Shown: positions 59,314 to 64,000 of the stretch, one piece after another
How positions within the stretch are numbered: position 1 is the first letter of the stretch
Layout: each line of letters starts with the position of its first letter
NCBI GenBank assembly: GCA_023334545.1
Contig: JAADVB010000002.1
Location: 62,001 to 126,000, forward strand
DNA from: Salisapilia sapeloensis CBS 127946
Lineage: Eukaryota > Protista > Oomycota
Length of the DNA stretch: 64,000 nt
Direction: 5' to 3'
Position numbers and translations under genes: made by a program
The notes under the pieces: generated by a model
Database searches by the model: none
What the model was told of the DNA's origin: nothing
What the model saw: the letters and a program-made list of their open reading frames with translations, nothing else

Positions 59314-62300
59314 TTAAAACCACATGGATGTGTTCTCTTTTCGCGTCGATAGCACTCGGGACTGACGAGAATAACGTCTCGAGTTGTGCGCTCGGTCGAT
59401 GGTGGCAACTGCTTTCTGGAGAAATTCGCCAACTTGAATCGTCTTGTCAGAAGCACGCAAGATCGACGGGTAACCTGCTTTCTTTGCCAGTAAGTTGCCT
59501 ACTAGTCGCGCACAACGACCATTTCCGTCGTGGAAAGGATGGATGTAGAAAACCAGGACTGCAAATGCATAGTACGCTCGTAGCAAAGGTCTCTTGCGCC
59601 ACACCTGCTCGTCATTTACCACGCGCAGACAATGCTCCAGTGCTTTTTCTATCTCTGCTACTGGCAAAAAGACACGATAGATTCGAGCAGACGCATATCC
59701 GACTGCGGATTCAACACGCGTGACACCAGCTTGACAACTAGTTTCCGGGAGTAGACATTTGTGGATGGAATAGAGCTGCTCAAGAGTCAGCATAGACGCT
59801 GTGTCTTGCACAATGCCATTTAATACTTCCGTCAGCCTCTGTCTCGTCATAGAAGAAGCCTTGGACGTTGCTTTCGTATCATGAGCAGCTCCGATAGAGT
59901 CATAGATTTCACTTGATGTAAAGACAGACCCTTCGATATCGTTTGTGTAGTGCTCTAGCAGCGTAGACCGCTTATGAAACTTGTCATATTCCAGTCCCAA
60001 CTGCGCTTGAAGCTATGTGAATTGTAGAATAAGTATATATAAGTCTAGATAGAAAGTATGTATGGTAGATAGAGCACCTCATGGATTTCGAGGAAGATAG
60101 GTGATAGTGGAGCATCCTCACGATTAAAGTAGGAAAGACCTGTAAATATGCATTGTCAGGAATAGAAATGCTTGTGGTAACTTGGAGGACATACCTGACG
60201 ATTGTACGTTTTGCTTTGTCGGATTCGGAGTAGCATTTGCAGGCACTTGGATCTGTTTCCCAGGATGCATGTGACCTACCATCCTAACTGTCAGTCCATT
60301 TCACAAAGCATAAGGATCGTGCAGTTCTACCAGGAACGTTGTACTTGCAGAGAACGCAGTCGGTGGTCTCTTTCGGTGATGACTGTGGCTCTGTCTCTTT
60401 CTTGCTTACATCTCGTGGACTACTGTTTCCACTCGACATATCTTCATCCGATTCCATACCCTTTGGATCGGCTATTTTATCCACCGTCGCCACGAGTTTG
60501 GATACGTCGAGGAAGATCGTGCCTTCTGGTGGACTAACAGCATGCAAGTAGTGTACATAGTATTGAAGATGTACAAGCAGTTCCTGTCGCGTTCGAATGC
60601 GTCCTTGACAGCTTCGGAGGATGTAGGCAGGATCCCATACTTTCCATTCGGTATAAAACGGTGTTTGGAAGTCTTTATTCTCCAGCAAACGTGTCAACGA
60701 TCGTAGTAGAGGCACAGCAGCAGAATGATCTTCACTGCTCATAGAGACCGCGAGCGAGTGAACAAAGTCCCATAGTCCCCACTCAAGTGCCAACTCCGTC
60801 GTGTCACTCACAACCATATCTTCTTTGCTACTAGTCGTATCAATCAGCTCACCATTCGCAGTGATAGCATTATCCAATAGACGACAATACTGCCATCGAG
60901 GCACTTCGGCAAAGTTATTCGAGACACTCGTGAGCTGCTGCTTTAACCCTGCCAACGTCGTCACGGATCGCAAGAGACGCTGTACGCGCCTCACTTCACT
61001 CGGGTCTTCTGTCAGCTCTTCTGTGGTGTACCAAGACAAGACAGCGATGGCAGACATGTTAAGAATCATTGGCGCTGAGAAAGATGTTTGTAAAGCTGCT
61101 CGACGAGCTAGAGGAAGGAGGAAGTAGTGGCTTTGCGTAGTGGACGGAAGAGATAGCCACTCTGGTTGTTGCGTACTGTACACTTGTCCGACATGACCTT
61201 GGCCTGGATCGACAAGGAAAGAGGAGGCAGCACGTCGGAAGGCTTGCAGTGGATCAGAAGCGAGTGGTGTGTTGCCACTACTGTGCTGATTCGCGGATGA
61301 AAACGTGTAGCGATGGCTGTGCAAGGATGATGTTGCTGCAAGAGTCGAAGATCGAGCGTGTTTGTGCCATACGCTGTGTGCGACAAGGACACAAGTATCG
61401 GACGTACCGTCTGTAGTCGGACAAAAGACTTGGCCCATGGTCCATCGGTCTCGCGTGACAGCGCGCAGAGAGAACTCGAGGGCAGAGTAGAGTGTATTGG
61501 AATCGATTTGATCTGTTGGAAGGATAGCGTTGTTCCCATTTATGGACGCGTGGTTGGCAGCTAGTAATTTCGCAACTTCATTGTGTGCAAAATCAATTGC
61601 TTCCGACAAGGCAGACGTTCCCCATCGATCCAGTAAATTCACCTGTACACCACAATCGACAAGGTACTGTGCGACCTCCAATTGTCCTTCTGCACTAGCA
61701 ATATGGAGAAGTGTACGTAAATCATAGTCTTGGACATCAACATGCACTCTGGACGGAACGAGTGCACGCAACTGCGTTATATCACCACTTTTCGCTGCTC
61801 GAAATGCCTGTGTAATGTGTTGATCGTCCGTAGCTTCCATCTTGGTGGTCGAGATAGCCTGGTTTTCATACTGACGAAGAAGTTCGACGATTGCAGTCAT
61901 GCTTTTGTCCATGGCGACGGCCATTGGCGTTCGACCAGATTGATCTACAACGTGAACATCAACTCCGGCCGACAGCAAGAGCTCTACGACAGCCACTTGC
62001 CCATGCTCAACAGCTAGATGCAGGGAAGTATGTCCCTTATGGTCCCGAACGTCAAGTTGGACACCATCAAGCCATGCACGTTTAATCTTATCTGTATTTC
62101 CTTCCTTGATGGCATGGAAAAACGATCGTAGGTTCATCTCCAGACTACCCGAGTATCGATCGGATGGAGCTGGCGATGTTCTAGAGTATACTTTTGGTCC
62201 TACATTCTTGTGGAATTTCTGAGGAAGATGCAAGAGCTGAAGGATACGAGGATTCTGGTTGTCAAGTGCACAATCGATAGGAGATCGACCCCAACGATCC

Positions 62301-62580
62301 ACAGCTTCAGCGTTCGCACCCCACTGTAGCAAAAGCTCTACAGCGTCTACCTGACTGTCACTTACAGCAATATGTAATGGTGTACTGGATACAAGGCAGG
62401 AAGGTTACAGTCTATAAGTGTGTCATCTCAAGGGAGGAGCGAGTACCGTTTATCGTAGTCGCCTGCATTGATGTCTGCCCCATGGGCACGCACACGGTGC
62501 ATGAGGTCCAGGTCGCCTTGAGCAGCAGCCCAGCACATGGCCGTTGTCGTAGCAGTGTGGGAGCCTTGAAGGAGCTCCAT
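59314..62580 (-). CDS. Ankyrin repeat-GAF-Fic domain protein, 1013 aa, 5 exons (62447..62580, 60331..62384, 60195..60287, 60078..60139, 59314..60012)
   Basis: Four GT-AG introns (62385..62446, 60288..60330, 60140..60194, 60013..60077) give one continuous frame of 3042 nt. Ankyrin motifs DYDKRTPLHIA and DYDLRTLLHIASAEG; GAF-like GQGHVGQVY..PEW; Fic motif HPFHDGNGRCAR. Confidence 0.85.
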
Positions 62581-62690
62581 GCGTTCGTTAGCTCTCGAGT
62601 ACCACGAGCGATTCTTCAAGCGGCAAATTAACAGTTTTATCACACGAATTAATGCTTTTGCACTACTTTTATTTTGTATTTACGTCAATT

Positions 62691-62750
62691 TGATTGGCCG
62701 ATATAGTTCAATTATTTAATTGTATCAGTACTTTATAAATAAACCAATCA
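62691..62750. promoter_or_regulatory. Two outward-facing CCAAT boxes in a putative bidirectional promoter
   Basis: GGCCAATCA on the minus strand (62691..62699) and AACCAATCA on the plus strand (62742..62750), in the AT-rich spacer between two divergent ATGs. Confidence 0.45.
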
Positions 62751-62845
62751 TAGACTAGATCGGGTGCAAACAATTGACACAATTAAGCACAATCGAACAG
62801 ATCCGAAAGTATATTCTCGCGACTAAAGCTCCTTTCTCATCCGCC

Positions 62846-63613
62846 ATGCAATCTTCATTGGTAAAACGTCTATCACGGAGAATGTATACGTCCCGAGCTT
62901 CGCCTTTACTAAATTCCATGCTACAGTCCGAAACTAGTGACCTGCAACAACCAAAGCTGTACATTTATGACCATTGCCCGTCATGCGTTCGAGCTCGAAT
63001 GATTTTCGGTTTCAAGCAAGTGCCTCATGAATTGATCTTCATGGCTAACCATGACGAGGCTCAGCCGAAGCAGCTTGTTGGGAAGAAGATTGCACCTATC
63101 TTGCAACTTCCTGCTGAAGATAATCGAGCATTCCCTGAGAGCATGGACATTGTCCAATACGTGGACGAACACTTTGGTGACGGCCCGATCCTCGCGCCAG
63201 CATCCGGTCGAGAAGACCTGAAGAAATGGATCGAGGATTCTGCTCAAACATTCCGTTTGCTGTACCATCCTCGCTTCCACGCTGCTCCATTCGCGGAGTT
63301 TGCTCGCTTCGAGTCTCGCGAGTACTATCGCGTGAAGAAGGAAGATAGCATTGGACCATTTACGAAGGCACTTGACAAGACCCCGGAGCTAGTTGAACAA
63401 GCCAACAAGCATCTGAAGGATCTCAGTGAGCTATTCCATTCCAGCACTTCTGTTAATGGAAGCCTGAGCTACGATGACATTGACATGTTTGGTCGCTTGC
63501 GCACTCTTACGATTGTCAAGGATTTGGAATGGCCATCTAAACTGAAGGACTACTTGGAGTACATGTCGAAAAAAGCAGATGTATTGCTTTTGCACGACAT
63601 GGCAAAAATGTAG
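62846..63613 (+). CDS. grxB: Glutaredoxin 2 (bacterial GrxB type, GST fold) with a presequence-like N-terminal extension
   Basis: KLYIYDHCPSCVRARMIFG, PILQ..ESMDIVQYVD, SVNGSLSYDDI..F..LR.LT.VK...WP, colinear with E. coli GrxB as I recall it; ATG in ccgccATG context at 62846; no intron. Confidence 0.92.
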   Translation: MQSSLVKRLSRRMYTSRASPLLNSMLQSETSDLQQPKLYIYDHCPSCVRARMIFGFKQVPHELIFMANHDEAQPKQLVGKKIAPILQLPAEDNRAFPESMDIVQYVDEHFGDGPILAPASGREDLKKWIEDSAQTFRLLYHPRFHAAPFAEFARFESREYYRVKKEDSIGPFTKALDKTPELVEQANKHLKDLSELFHSSTSVNGSLSYDDIDMFGRLRTLTIVKDLEWPSKLKDYLEYMSKKADVLLLHDMAKM

Positions 63614-64000
63614 GCGCCAAAGGGCAACTACGCTTGATAATACATAATCAAGTTGAAAGCAAAGAATCGTATATTGTTTTTTTATCGTTTTCTTTATATG
63701 TCATGCAATTAATGAAAAGGTAGATAGCTGTGCTTGTGCGTCGTGCTTGAATGCCCTCAACTACTGTCCGGTGGTCGAGACTTCCTTGAATGATCCCATC
63801 ATGCGTATAATCAGCAAGTACATTGCTGTGCTGTACATGGAGTTGACCCCCTTAATCCAAAAGTTAAGCTCCGCAAGAATGATGCCACTCGGACTGTCTT
63901 CAGCGTTGCAAAACGTACGCCACATAATGAGAGCATAGGCGATGCGACTATTTGGCAAGGTAGTCACACCCAAGTGAGATACGAAAGTGAACCCAACGAA

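Noticed and set aside
59314-60000. Stand-alone 228-aa Fic ORF as listed in the ORF track
   Set aside because: It begins at TTG, is preceded in frame by a TAG acceptor at 60013, and upstream exons splice into it in phase; best read as the last exon of the larger gene.
63747-63973. Short ORFs at the window end
   Set aside because: No recognisable family; may be the tail of a gene outside the window but cannot be supported here.

Overview
Gene-dense eukaryotic window, most likely from a zoospore-forming oomycete. The basis is short ~43-65 nt GT-AG introns, very short intergenic gaps, a flagellar enkurin gene, and families I associate with oomycetes (CBM20-TPS/TPP, HA-repeat proteins, bacterial-type GrxB); the taxon is inferred, not proven. 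Intact genes: TPS/TPP, GPN2, tRNA-Pro(CGG), MRM1, INTS4-like, an EF-hand protein, an uncharacterised membrane protein, AMP deaminase, ornithine aminotransferase, SMC6, a small Cys/His-motif protein, an anoctamin with C-terminal EF-hands, a 2703-aa BEACH/WD40 protein, a PTR/POT transporter, enkurin, an S28 peptidase, an alpha/beta hydrolase and GrxB. Decayed accessory blocks: ~23.2-34.3 kb (unknown pseudogene, Mutator-like element with Ulp1 protease and 10-11 bp repeat clusters, vWA fragment) and ~55.8-57.7 kb (HA-repeat pseudogene). The main finding is that three separately listed ORFs at 59.3-62.6 kb splice in frame through four GT-AG introns. The product is one 1013-aa ankyrin-GAF-(CxxC/HxH)-Fic protein with an intact Fic catalytic motif and an autoinhibitory motif. 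It lies head-to-head with a bacterial-type glutaredoxin-2 gene across a 265-bp spacer carrying two outward-facing CCAAT boxes. All family assignments are from motif recognition by eye; no database search was run.
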